The notes below the pieces were generated by a model. That model worked only from the letters and a program-made list of their open reading frames with translations. It had not been told where the DNA came from and did no database searches. A stretch of 64,000 nucleotides of DNA from Epiperipatus broadwayi (lineage: Eukaryota > Animalia > Onychophora), in the NCBI GenBank assembly GCA_028023455.1, contig JAQFVV010000005.1, forward strand, positions 12,276,001 through 12,340,000, written 5' to 3'. Both the position numbers and the translations under genes were made by a program. Positions 51,890 to 64,000 of this stretch are shown here, one piece after another (position 1 is the first letter of the stretch; each line of letters begins with the position of its first letter).

Positions 51890-53710
51890 ACATTGCCTTA
51901 AATAAAAGCTGTTAAATAATTTAACACTAATATTATATAATATATAACTGATGAAGATTAATTAAACCATCTAGATTTTGCATATAAAGACCTTGCTTTT
52001 GAAAATAATGCTTCAGAGAACATGTTACAAAAGCAATCATACAAAATGTCTTTAAAAAGTAGGATTGAAGATAAATATTAAAATGTCTAGAGTAATGTTA
52101 AAAAAAATTTAAAATAAGAGGGGAGAAGAGTTTCATAAGGAATAAAAACAAGTTAACAAATTATAAATACTTTGGCCAAATAATTAACATAAAAGAAATC
52201 ATAATGGCACTTTATCATAGACTTTGGGTGAAATACTTTTGGTATAACTTAATAGCAAAATGAACTATGTTTAAGTGCCTGAAAGTGTTTTCTTTATCAA
52301 TAAATGCTTTTTATAAGCACTTGCTTACAATTTTTAGATTAGATCATTTAATAGAAAAGCAATGTAGTGTTTTTCACAATTGAAATATAAAGTGATGAAT
52401 GTTGTGATTAACAAAAACTGATATTGAAATGCATAAATGAGATTACAAACCGATATTACAAAGATCAATGATGAATAAAAAGATTAAACGGATCTAGGCT
52501 AAGCATATTGTTAAAATATATGACAAGTGGCCAAATGAATTTCTAAAAGTAGATTTTAAAACACTGCTAAGATATTTAGATGTAGACAATATACGAGATT
52601 AATGAATAATCAAGTTTCCTAGAGTTATATTGGGAAATTATCGAACGGAAAAACTAGATCAAAGTCAAAAAAAAAAATTGTTCATTTTGCAATAACTTGA
52701 TAGCGTTTAATGCTATATAAAATGGTTACTGCTTAGATAAATTCAGAAATTTCTTTGCTTAATGGGTCATATTATTAAAAACTCTGTTAACCAAATTAAT
52801 AATCTCTCGCTCTGAAGCTTTATATTTTATTACTAACTCATTAAATTGGGTTTCTTTCTATTTTCCCTTATAATCTATTACTACCAAATCCTTCAGGCAA
52901 TAAAACTTCGTTTTTATTTTTTACCCAATTACAATCAATCTATTATTTCCAATAAGAGTGCCAACAAAAAAAAAAAATTGATCAAAAATTAATTAACTAT
53001 TAATAAATTTTGAAAGAATATCACCAAATTGTGATTTAACTTTTACAATATTTGTTTCACTAATGGTGTTTTTTTATTAATCACACACACGTCTTTTATA
53101 GATGTGCACGAGCAATGGAGTAATTCAATTGTGTATTGAAAATTAGCATCACGAATAATTCATTTTATTAGCAGCTTTCGACATCTCTCCACAATATATT
53201 TGTCTGTTATACAAGCAGCAGATTTGGTGCAAAGCAAAACCGATCAATAAATGTTTAGAAGTTTTACGTTCATCATTAGAATAGGATATATTTTTAAAAG
53301 TTGATATTTGACAAGCGACATTTTGGACTGAAAGATTACTGTATAATTCAAATTATTTTTAATTTGATTGCAAAATTAAAGCGATATAATGCAATAATTT
53401 ACAAAATTTATCATAAAAATCTTCTATCATACTTACGTTATATTTATAAAACGTTTAAATGTAGCACCATTGTTTTTTGTTTTTTTTAGAAAGATGACTA
53501 TTGCGCTTGCGTTGTGCGCTATAAAATGTTTACCTTGCGTTTACTTCAGAGTATTTGTGTTTATAATAGGGCTGTAATTTTAAACATAAATGTTCAGACA
53601 TTTATAAAGAAAAGAGATAAGATATTAAAGGAGTTTTCTACTGAAATTAAATAACTGACAATAAATTCCCTGGTTATTTATTAATCTTGTGCACTTATTG
53701 GTTTGTATTT
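51890..53710 (+). repeat. Segmental duplication copy 2, with a CpG-retaining patch and no adjacent intact gene
   Basis: Collinear with 45590-47260. No ZF ORF lies in the expected position to its left. Confidence 0.8.
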
Positions 53711-53746
53711 ATTTATTAATAAAGTTATAAAACAATTCAAAACAAA

Positions 53747-54078
53747 GCAAAACTCTCCATATAGTAGTGCCATCTTGTGCTAACAAGAGCAATCAATGGA
53801 TGCCAGAAGGTTTGTGCATAAAATCCCTATCTAGTGCCTACTCATCCAATATCCCCAGACTAGTTTCTGGCTTATGGCCTTCATCAGTGAGGAGCCTTGG
53901 ATCTGAGAGCACTGCACCTAGATCTTAGGATCTAATGCAATCCTCCAGCACCCCACCTTTTAACTCTATTTAACTACAAAACTATGAGAATGAAATTGAA
54001 AACACAATTAATATTTTCAATCCAAGCTCAATAGCTTATATAGTCATATGGGTCTGAACTCAATTCAGCACCCATACA
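53747..54078 (-). mobile_element. Family A repeat, best-preserved copy
   Basis: Near-continuous reverse-complement match to 26371-26708. It abuts the Gypsy 5' LTR at 54079. Confidence 0.9.
53841..53907 (-). ncRNA. Type I hammerhead ribozyme-like motif (family A, best copy)
   Basis: The minus strand reads AUCCAA-GGC-UCCUCA CUGAUGA A GGC-CAUAA-GCC A GAAAC-UA-GUC|UGGGGA-UA-UUGGAU. Stem I is two 6-bp helices with an internal loop, stem III is palindromic ACUAGU, and the triplet is GUC. Confidence 0.7.
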
Positions 54079-57000
54079 TGTGATGTTTAGTGGTTTAATA
54101 AAGTTATACATGTATGTGCGTGTGACTGGTCAGTACAGCCAACGTTGAGTCATTCTAAAAATAATTATATGCAGAAAAGAGAATTATACTAACTACAAGA
54201 AACATTCTAATTTGCATTTCAATAATGTTCAACAATATGCAAATTAGCAAAGGTAATAAATAAATTGCTTACAAAACTCTAGAGGAGAGTCAAAAATGGA
54301 GAAGAAAAAAGTAAAGTGAAAAGCAAACTAGTGAAACTCGCAGAAATGAATAAAAATTGGTAATGCAGTGTTGCAGACAAGAATGGTAGTAGTAGAGAGC
54401 TCCAGTTAAACTAATTAGACTGACTCAATGCAGGAGTGAGAAGCAACGTGCTTACTTAGCAATTGCTTGTGAATAACTGCCTGAAAGAAAAATATATTTA
54501 TTTAAATAAAAATTAAAAAAATCATGGAAATATAAATGAGCTTTAACAAGCTATTCGTTTGTTTATTAATCTATCTACAGATTTAAGAACAGTTGCATTG
54601 TCCATTTTGTTATTATTTTAACTACCCAGTTGAACTAATAATCTTAATTATATTATTCAGAGTGAATAAACTCAAGTTAATTTTTAAAACTTGCGTGCAT
54701 GTCTCAATTTTAGTTATAATATTAATTGTACAGCTCCTAGATTATAGTCTGGTTCTGTGCATATCAAGTGGTGCAGTTGAGACCTGTGAAATATTAAGTG
54801 GTGCAGTCACAAGAATCTGTGAAAAGATTTGATCATCCATATCAAGGCATTAGTATACATGAAGAAAAATGCAGAAATGCATGATAACATTGTTTGATGT
54901 GAAATATCTGTGACAGTAATAGATATATGTAATTCGTGTAGAGAAATACGAATGGGATTTCTGACACCAAGTTGAAAGCTGACACCTTTTTATGACTGTC
55001 AGGACAAGATGTCCTACAATTAGCCAACTAATTATGTGATCCAACACCACTGGAAGAAATCCCTTACAAGTAATTATTGATAAAATTAAATGCCTATTCC
55101 AAACCAATAACATTTAAGCTTACGATGCAATCACAAGATGAAAATATACATAAATTTGATTTAATATTACAGACATCAGTGAAGGAATGTGAGTTCAATG
55201 GTTATATTGAAGAGATGCTATTAGTCCCATTACTATGTGGCATCAAACATGTGAAACTTAGTTAGATGCTCCTAAGCAAATTGGCACTAACCTATAAGAT
55301 CACCACAAGATGGAGCATACCACACAAGGCTGTTTTAGGTCACATGCCAACCTACAAAAATGTGACAGAGATGCCTCAGAAATACTAATAAATGTGGCAA
55401 GTTCACATGTAGCACAAGGAAATTGAAACAGAACCCTCCTTTTTGTTATTGTTGTGGAGAAACAGGTCATTTAAAAGAAAGCTGTAAATTTGAAACATAT
55501 AAATGTTTAGTTGGGGCCTGGCAGGACATTTATCAATGCTTTGTAAAAAAACATATGGCAAATAAGAAAAAGAGAATTTACCAGTGAGGAGTAAATCAAG
55601 AGGAGAAGTGACAAGAATGTCATAAATGTCAGTGTTTGAAAAATAAATGTCTGAAATATACTTTCACCACTATACAAGTTAAAGTCCAAAATAGTCAATA
55701 GTAAAATTATAGCCGAGTTGACTAAAATGAATAAGAACTAGCTATATAACTTGTTTAAAAAAAATTGGATAAAAAATGGATGGTGAATGAAATGACCAAA
55801 TTATATAGCACTGGCAATATGGTCTGCTTGGGAAAGTTTGTTGGATATGCCACGAATGCACATATTAATGACAGACTAGGTAATAATTCCATCCAAGGGG
55901 AGAAGTGTTTTGCAATTATTATACAAAGGACTCTCTAGGATAATAAGAATGAAAACATTAGCATGTTCATATGTTTGATGGGCAGAGTTAAACAGTAATA
56001 TTAAGCAGACTGTTAAGACATTAACTTTGCCAACAAACTGAATTTGCTAGATAAAAGAAAATGGGAAAAAATTCATTTAATCTATGCTGGTCCATTTAAT
56101 GGATATATTTTTTTAATAGCTATAGAGGTGTATTCATCGTGGATAGAATATTGTTTAGTAAAAGATACCAGTACAGAAAGTATGATAAACGTTTTAAACA
56201 AACATTTTTCCATATGTGGGTATTCTGAACTATTGTAAGCATGGAATTAAACCCAGAGAAATTGAAGGATTTTTTGCTCAGAAGGGGATACGGCATGCAC
56301 TTACTCCAATGTACCACCCTCAACCTAACAAAATTTGCTGAAGTGTCAGTCCAACAGTTGAAAAGTAATTTAAATAAAAAAGGAAAATGCTGATGTTCGT
56401 AAAGCACTCACACAATGTCAATATTTTACCTGCACCTCATGCCAAGTTCCATTACAAGGAAAATCCAGCCAAGTAATTAATGAAGTTTAGCATAACAACA
56501 CATGTCTGATTTAATGGTGGATAAAGTAAAAAAGAAACACAAACTTAAAAAATATAAAGTTTAATTTAAAACTAACAATGTGGATAAAGAATACCCTTAA
56601 GAAAAGATGGTTACTGGGAGAAATAATTAAAATAGTATCTGTAGAAATACACGATAAGGTCAGAAGATAATAGAGTTTTGCAATGCTATCTATATAAACC
56701 ATATAAGAGAACCTTAAACTAAAATGTTAGAAGAAAATGTTAAGTAAATGCTTCTACAAATACAGATATAGAAATAGCAGATAACTTCAGTTCAAGATGA
56801 AAATATAGAATTTAATAGTAAAGAGAAAACAAGTACAATGGAGCAAAAAAAAAAAAAAAAACTTTAACAAAGTGTTCAGAAGAGAAACAGATGCAAAAAA
56901 CGCCACTAGATTATATTTTGGGGGGGAAAAACTCTGCTTATTTCTAGAGGGAAGGGAGGTATTGCTGTATACTGATTGCTTTATATTTATTTCTAAATAA

Positions 57001-57731
57001 AGTTGTGTGTGTGTCTGTGTGTGTACAAGCTGGTCAGTACAACACTGTTAAGTCACTTAAAATAATTATATGCAGAAAAAAGAATTAGACTAATTGCAAA
57101 AAACAACATGATAATTTACATTTCAGTAAAGTCTAACAATATGCAAATTAGCAAAAAAATCTAACAATATGCAAATTATCAAAGTTAATAAATTGTCTGA
57201 AAAACTTTCTAGAGGCGAGTGAAAAATGGAGAAGAAAAAAAAGGAAAGTGAAAAGCAGACTAGTGAAACTCAAGGAAATGAGTGAGAGCTGATAATGCTG
57301 TTGTAGACAAGAATAACAGCAGTGAAGAGCAGTCAAATCTAATTAGACTGACTTAAGGAAGAATTGGGCAGCAAGGTGCTTACTTAAAAATTGCTTGTGA
57401 ATGCCAATCTGAAATTTATGAGAATTAAATAAAAATGTATAGTTATTTAAATAAAAACTTTAATAAATAAATTTAAAAAAAATATCATGGCATTAGAGAT
57501 GACCTCTAACTATCCATTTATTCATCTATCCAGATATATGAGCTATTCCATGGTCCATATTGTTTCAATTAGCCAGTTTCCAATTGAATTATTAATCTTA
57601 ATTACTAATACATATTATTCAGAGTGAATAAAACCATTAAATTGTTTATTAAAACTTGTGAATGAGTTTTAATTTTAGTTATAATATTAATTATTCAGCT
57701 ACTATATGATAATTTGGCCCCAAATATGTTA
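54079..57731 (+). mobile_element. Decayed Ty3/Gypsy element with two LTRs, gag and integrase remnants, and RT/RNase H apparently deleted
   Basis: 5' LTR 54079-54766, PBS-like tggtgcag at 54769, gag (KECEFNGYIEEML...LLCGI), CCHC knuckle CYCCGETGHLKESC at 55444, integrase (WEKIHLIYAGPF; KGIRHALTPMYHP), PPT gagggaagggagg and 3' LTR about 56960-57731. Confidence 0.85.
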
Positions 57732-57988
57732 ATTTGAAATGTGGGTTTTTGACCAAAATCACAGAGAGAAAACTTTTTTTTTCTTCTATAAATATTTAGA
57801 TCCCTAGGATAAGTTAGACTTTTATACATGGATATTGGTTGTATGCAAATATAAAACTGTACAAACAACCCAATGACATTATGCAGTAAGAGTTTGTGGG
57901 ACCAGCATAGAGATTTTGATTTTTTAAAAATAAAATTACAGTTTGAATGGAATCCTCATTTAATTCCATAACTAATATATATAGTCAA

Positions 57989-58069
57989 GCATTGGTGGTC
58001 GAGAGGTCAGTGACAGCTGCTTTACAAGTAGTTGTCCCAGGTTGGCGGGTTCACGTCCCGGCTGATGCT
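57989..58069 (+). pseudogene. tRNA-Gly(TCC)-derived pseudogene or SINE head, now with anticodon TAC and an 8-nt insertion near the T arm
   Basis: GCATTGG/CTGATGC acceptor stem, GTC/GAC D stem, GCTGC-TTTACAA-GTAGT anticodon arm, TGTC CCAGGTT[GGCGGGTT]CACGT CCCGG. The body follows the eukaryotic tRNA-Gly(TCC) pattern GCGTTGGTGGT...AGCTGCCTTCCAAGCAGTTGACCCGGGTTCGATTCCCGGCCAACGC. Confidence 0.75.
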
Positions 58070-60939
58070 ATGACATATGAGAAAAAAAACAACTAATATA
58101 TTATTGGGTGACTTTACATCACTTTATCATTTTGTAATTGTAAAATAAAAAGCATGTCAACAATATGGCCATGCATTGTTTTGATCCAATATGCATGCTC
58201 TGAACATTCACAGTAAATGTGGTCGTGATTATTGCACAAACAGTTATTTTCTATTTAATTGTAATGATACGATTAATAATATATATTTTTGCTCTTATTA
58301 TTTTTCCACCAGATAAATATTTTTTAATCTAATTCTGAATTACTTAAAGTTGGCTAGCCTTGACATTAAGATTATTTTAATAAAAACTTGATCAATATTG
58401 CTACAAATAGGGCTGGACTTTTTTTTTCATAGAAGTTTCAGGTTGCAAATATATTTCTGGAATTCCAACCAATCAATGTCAAATAAAAAGATTTAGGTTT
58501 AAGTAAAGATATCAAGATCAGAAGACAAACAATTTATAATTTTTATATATGAATTTATACATATAAATATTATTGTATATATTGTATTGTTAAATAGAAA
58601 TCATTATGAATATTTTTATAAATAATTCACATTTAAATTGTAAAAAGTACTAATGAAGTTATATTTTGCAAATGTGATTTTTCTATGTTGAAATATGTAT
58701 AGTGATATAAATAATAGGTGTGTGGATATAAATACTGCATAACACCTACATAATTATTCTACTATTCATTCTAGCAAAATTTGCAAGAAATTAGCATAGA
58801 CTAAAATATTTTAAGTAAAATATTTTAAGTAAATTAATTATATACATAGGGAACATACTAACAAATCCGCAATAGATGGAGTATGTGTACAGAAAATAGT
58901 GGTAATCATGAGGAGATGGGAAAACATCATCATCCCCAAATAATCACAAAGAAAATACCGAAAATGAGCATGAATAAAAAAATAAGATTAATGCAATTAG
59001 CAAAGAATAATTACTATATAGTAGTTATCCTAATCATAAGTAATAAACCACATCTCCCAGCATTACATAATAATTAAATCAACAACTCAGCAGCAATTGT
59101 ACTACTAATAATCAAATCAATCAATAATCTACAGTCAATCTTGTGACAGGATTTAAAAGAGATATACTACAAACAGGCTACTTATCTAGCCATTGCCAAA
59201 CTTAGGGCATAAATATAACACAATACTCTGGATATGCATATCTAAATGCTAATCTATCACTCATAATAAAATAATGCTGGGATGCTGATATATGTTGATC
59301 ATCATCAATGTTCTGGCCATATTGTACCATTAGTGTAAAGGCCAACTATAACTTAATTTCTAATACAAAATGTGATAAATGAACTTTAAATTTAGGTGAT
59401 ATCTTTGCACCATCCAGAGTTATCCTCTGGATGTCCAAACAACTTTTTAATCAGAGATAAAGAGTTAAATTTGCTTATGTGTTTATATAATTTTGGGGCT
59501 AAAATAAATGAAATGAATAAAAAAAAATATTTCATAACAAAATGTTAAATGTAATTTAATGAAAATTAAATTGTCTAAAAGAACCCTTTTGTTATAATTT
59601 TGAAGAAATAACTGAATAAAAAACATGTTCAAATGAAAAAAGATACTAATAAAATTATTATTATCAACTGTTACTGAATTTTAAAACTCCTTTATAAATT
59701 TAAATGTAATATATACATTAAAGAAAATATCTTTTTCCATGGTTTTCCTTTTAAGTCTTCTTTGTCACTTGTAATATCCAATTTCAATATGGATTTTCTT
59801 GTTGAAGACTTATCAGTTCTAGGCTAATGTACACAGTTAATTTTTTTCAATTTTACAATAGAATATTTACCAGGCTAACTCGTAGAAAAAATTTATCCAT
59901 TTTTTGATTTCTAATAATTTTCCAGGTTAAGCTAACACATAAAGATAGAGATACTTGTGTTCTTGGATGGAGACAAGTATTGTTTCAGATTACTTCAGGG
60001 TTATTTTTCTTCTTTATATTTTCTAGTGATCTGCTTACATGGAGGTAGCTGATGCTTACTTTTAGCTAAGGCTTAGCACATGTTCTTTAAATCCATTTTA
60101 GAAAACATTTTTCTAAATTAATAAAGTGCTTTTCATAGCTGAACTTTTCTTTCTTTTTCAGCAGCTAAGTCAAGAATGACTTCTCCTCAACAGCTTGATT
60201 AAGACTTCTACTGTACTCTTCAGCAGTTTGATTAATAAAGACTTCTACTGTTCTATTTAACAGCTTGTTTAGGTCTGATTTATCTACAACAATTTGCTTA
60301 AAACTGACTTCTTCTTACAAGACACAGAGATCCACTGATTTATCCACATCCCTATTTTTGGGACAAACCAGTGTCCAATCAATACCAATTCTGGTCTATT
60401 TTTACAAAAAAAAAAATGTTTAGCTATTTCCATTTTTTCTAATTAGCAAATGAATTTAAAAATTTCACTGTATTTGTTTTTCTTTTATGCCAAAAGAAAA
60501 TTAAAATAATCAGTTAATTACACTGATGTGGTAAATACTGTATATTGTTGTGGAGAAAGATAAAGAGAAAAAAAAATCTTTTTTTTTTAAATCTTCCTTA
60601 AAAAGTTAAAATTAAAATTGATAAATAATTTATTCAAGAGAAAATTATTTTCTCTTGGTTCATTTTTAGTGGTAAATTGTTAAAATTAGTTAAGAGAGAG
60701 AACAAATAAAATTATCTGATTTTATAGTTTCTCTTTTACTAACATTTATACCACATATTGATAAAAAATTAATGTTGAAAATTATTGAAATAAAATTGTC
60801 TAGAATTTTCATATCATTTGAAAAGAAGAAATAGAAGAATCTACATATGATTTTTTTAGCTGTTGCCAAAGATATTTTATATTAGAGAATGTCTTAAAGA
60901 TTCATGTTTAGTTCTATATATATATATTGTAACCTTTAT

Positions 60940-61230
60940 AGAAAGAGAGAAAGAAAAGATGAAATGATGAAGATATAAGATAAGATGAAATGATGGAATG
61001 AAGAGGGAGATTGATGTGATAAAAGAGATGGAATGAAAGAATGATGAATGATGAAGCTAAACTAACTATCCTAATCCAATCTATTTTAAAAGAAGAAGAT
61101 GGAAGATGAAGAAATGGTGAAGATATTAGACAAAAATGAAGATGGAAAAGGATGAAATGAAATGGAGATGACAAAATGAAATGAACTAATCTATTCTAAA
61201 CTATTTGAAAGGAAGAAGATGAAAGATGAT
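60940..61230 (+). repeat. Purine-rich low-complexity repeat (GATGAA/GAAGAT units)
   Basis: Runs of aagatg/gatgaaat are interrupted twice by a related aactaa..ctat..taa motif. Confidence 0.7.
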
Positions 61231-64000
61231 TATACTATTAGAGACTCCTAATGACTTGGCTCAATGGAGTTACAATAAAAATTAAGAATGAATAATGATC
61301 CAGAGATATACAATCGGATAGAGACCAAATCTAACACCATTACAAATAACCATTATGGCATATTTATAATTTAACATAGATAATATAAAAGACAATTTAA
61401 ATCATTATTTAATAGTCATTAGAGTCGGCCAACTATCAGATCATACACTCTGAATCAAACAAATGATACTTTGTTGGAAGGACTATCTCATTAAATTATA
61501 ACTAACAAGGCATTAAGAGTAAACACTCTCAGGGGTTTTAAAACTAAACTCTTGTGCAAGATAAAAGTTAAGTTGCCTAATAAATGATTGCTTGGATTAA
61601 TAAACAAGTGAGTGATATCTTGGCCGACCATAAAATAACTATTATGTTCAATCATAGCATAATAAAGAAAATATATCAATTTAACATTTTTATTATTTAA
61701 TCTAAATTTAAACCAATTATGACCTATTACCCAAGACATTACTCGAGCAAGGAAAAGGACAAGAGTACTTTTTATGCCTTTCCCTATACTCACAGACAAC
61801 CTATTAATGACCTTGAATGCAGATGGATTATAATTCTTTAAATATATAAGATAATGTGCAGCTTAAAAGCATAGTAAATGCTTTTCTGAATCACTAATAT
61901 TCTTCATCTCATTGCATAATCTTCAGTCTGAGAAGATATAATAATAACTTTAAAATGAGCATTCTATTAAATATCTGTAATTATGTGATTATCTGTTACT
62001 GTGATTCAATCTGAGAATCACCTAGATTATCATGGCTTTATAGAATTTAAACCAGTATAAAAATATTTTTTATGTACTTTATGAAATTTTTGTGAACTTT
62101 TGGAACTCAAGACAATATTTCATATAAAAGGAAAACAAACAGAAACGAAACTTTTTAAATCATAATAATTTAGTTTATTAATAACAATAAAGAATAAAAA
62201 TATTTATAAACAAAAATAAAAAAAATACTGGAACAAACATTGCCAAGATAGAGCTGGAATCTTTTAAAAACATTTTGACTCTCAAACTTTGTTTTGACTT
62301 ACAAAATTATAACATTTTATCTGACAAAAGCTACTGAGTATTCCTCTTTATCTCTTTTTTTTAAACTGTTTATTTTAATAAACACACAAAACATAAATAA
62401 ATAAATATAAGAGTAAGCAGAGGCTATTTGATATTAAACTCTAATCTCTTTAAAAAATTAGAGATTCTAAATCTTTTATACTTTAATTACAATGGTATGA
62501 GTTTAACAAGCATAATTCTATTTTAATTGGCATATTTAATAATACTGTGGTGTCATTTAACAACCATAATAACACACTAATAGGTTGATATTTATTACCC
62601 TAAGCTAAGAAAATGCTAAGCTGGGACTAGCATATACAGCATATATTTTAAATTATCATTAGTTACACTGACACTATTAAGATTATAGCTAGTGATGCAT
62701 TTAAGTAAGACTAAGCTAACTTTAAATTAAATTAGATGCATGGGCCATTCATTCATCAGCAGTAATTTATACACATATTTCCAAAAATTCTGTCCACATA
62801 AAATTATTAAACCAAATGTTTTCAAACTGAAATTTAAAAGACTTACAATTCCAGCAGTGAAAACTCTGGATGAACATATTAAACTACTTAGTATGTGTGA
62901 ATTGCCACTTACAATTATATGCACAATCTACATACTTAAAATTAAATATAAATTATGGTTGGTTGGTTTGTGGATGATAAAACTATCATAACAGCACAAT
63001 TCAGACATTGATATACCTTTAAGCCTTAAAAATAGCTAAATACAACATGAAGCAAAGTTCCTCAAACAAACATATCTTGTCATTACATATCTAAAACAAA
63101 TGCAACATCACCTATTGTGGTGGAACTAGCATTAATACATCATGAGTGAGAGGCCAAAATAAATACATATATGCTCTGCAGAGCTGAACAACTTCCTAAG
63201 ACTGTGGTGGCTTCCAAAAATACCTATCTTTGAGGCAGAAAATAGGATGCCTGGACCTTATCTCAGCACATCAGGAACAGGGAAGATGCACCAGAAAAGT
63301 AGAATCTTTTCCATTGGGATCTAAACACTTTCAAAATATGTGATTACAATCACTAGAAATACAAACATCTGATATACAATAATCCTCAATGGGAATGAGC
63401 ATCATCACCCCATGGAAAAGCAATACAAGGATGGAGGACCTTGTCTATTCCATTAAGCATACTAATAATAATTAACAAAGCCTTGCTCTATGAGGCTAAC
63501 AAATACTAAACTAATAATGAGATATAAACATCACTTTAACTGACTAAGTCATCAATAAGAATTTTTAAAATACAACATGTATACTCAATGTCAGAACCAA
63601 CAATGCAAACTATATCAATTGACTAATATAAGAATTACTTAAAAATTAAATGCATATAAAATTCGAGGCAAAGATACAATGCACACATATAAAATATTAA
63701 ATATTAAAATATAGTGGCTAGTGGACATTTAAAAGATTGCGAATTAAATGCGAGAAAATATCTGTGGTTATTATTAATGTAGCATTTATAAAACAAATGA
63801 ATGAAAAACCCTCTGATAAACCTCTTTGGCTGATTTTAAATAAAACTGAGTGAAATACCACACATTTAAATAAGCTATGAATGAGATATTAAAATCTCCA
63901 GGGATAAAATTATTAAATATAGTTAACTTGTGAGACGTTTAACAAATATAACCATACTAATATGACCTGAGAATGGTAGAATATCAACTCATTCTAATAA

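Noticed and set aside
59411-59433. Perfect 9-bp hairpin catccagag-ttatc-ctctggatg
   Set aside because: Isolated. There is no CTRR end for a Helitron and no second copy, and intrinsic terminators are not relevant in a eukaryote.
62727-62991. Overlapping short ORFs, with a Cys-rich alternative frame (HCWNCKSF)
   Set aside because: No recognisable family, and the alternative frame contains stops.
1-64000. CRISPR arrays, rRNA, prokaryotic operons or defence systems
   Set aside because: No repeat-spacer periodicity, rRNA motifs or gene-dense operon structure. The only regular periodicity is the 84-bp zinc-finger unit.

Overview
A very AT-rich, CpG-depleted eukaryotic window, most likely from an invertebrate animal (the species cannot be determined from the sequence). 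The backbone is a cluster of minus-strand tandem C2H2 zinc-finger loci: an intact 345-aa gene (994-2031), an intact 813-aa gene with non-canonical HSGEYKF linkers (41199-43640) and a decayed paralog of the first (about 21715-23620). These sit among old segmental duplications and decayed transposons: two Gypsy elements plus a solo LTR, two hAT elements, RTE remnants, an L1/Tx1-like 3' fragment and a tRNA-Gly-derived pseudogene. The most interesting signal is invisible to the ORF track: three apparently unrelated families of type I hammerhead-ribozyme (HHR)-like motifs. Family A is a ~390-nt dispersed repeat at six loci with an atypical stem II junction. Family B is an inverted pair of minimal HHR cores. 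Motif C is a canonical-looking HHR just downstream of a possible GIY-YIG remnant. Head-to-head inverted copies suggest Penelope-like or retrozyme mobility. All folds and alignments were made by eye, no catalytic activity is demonstrated, and boundaries of decayed elements are approximate. No rRNA, intact tRNA or CRISPR array was seen.
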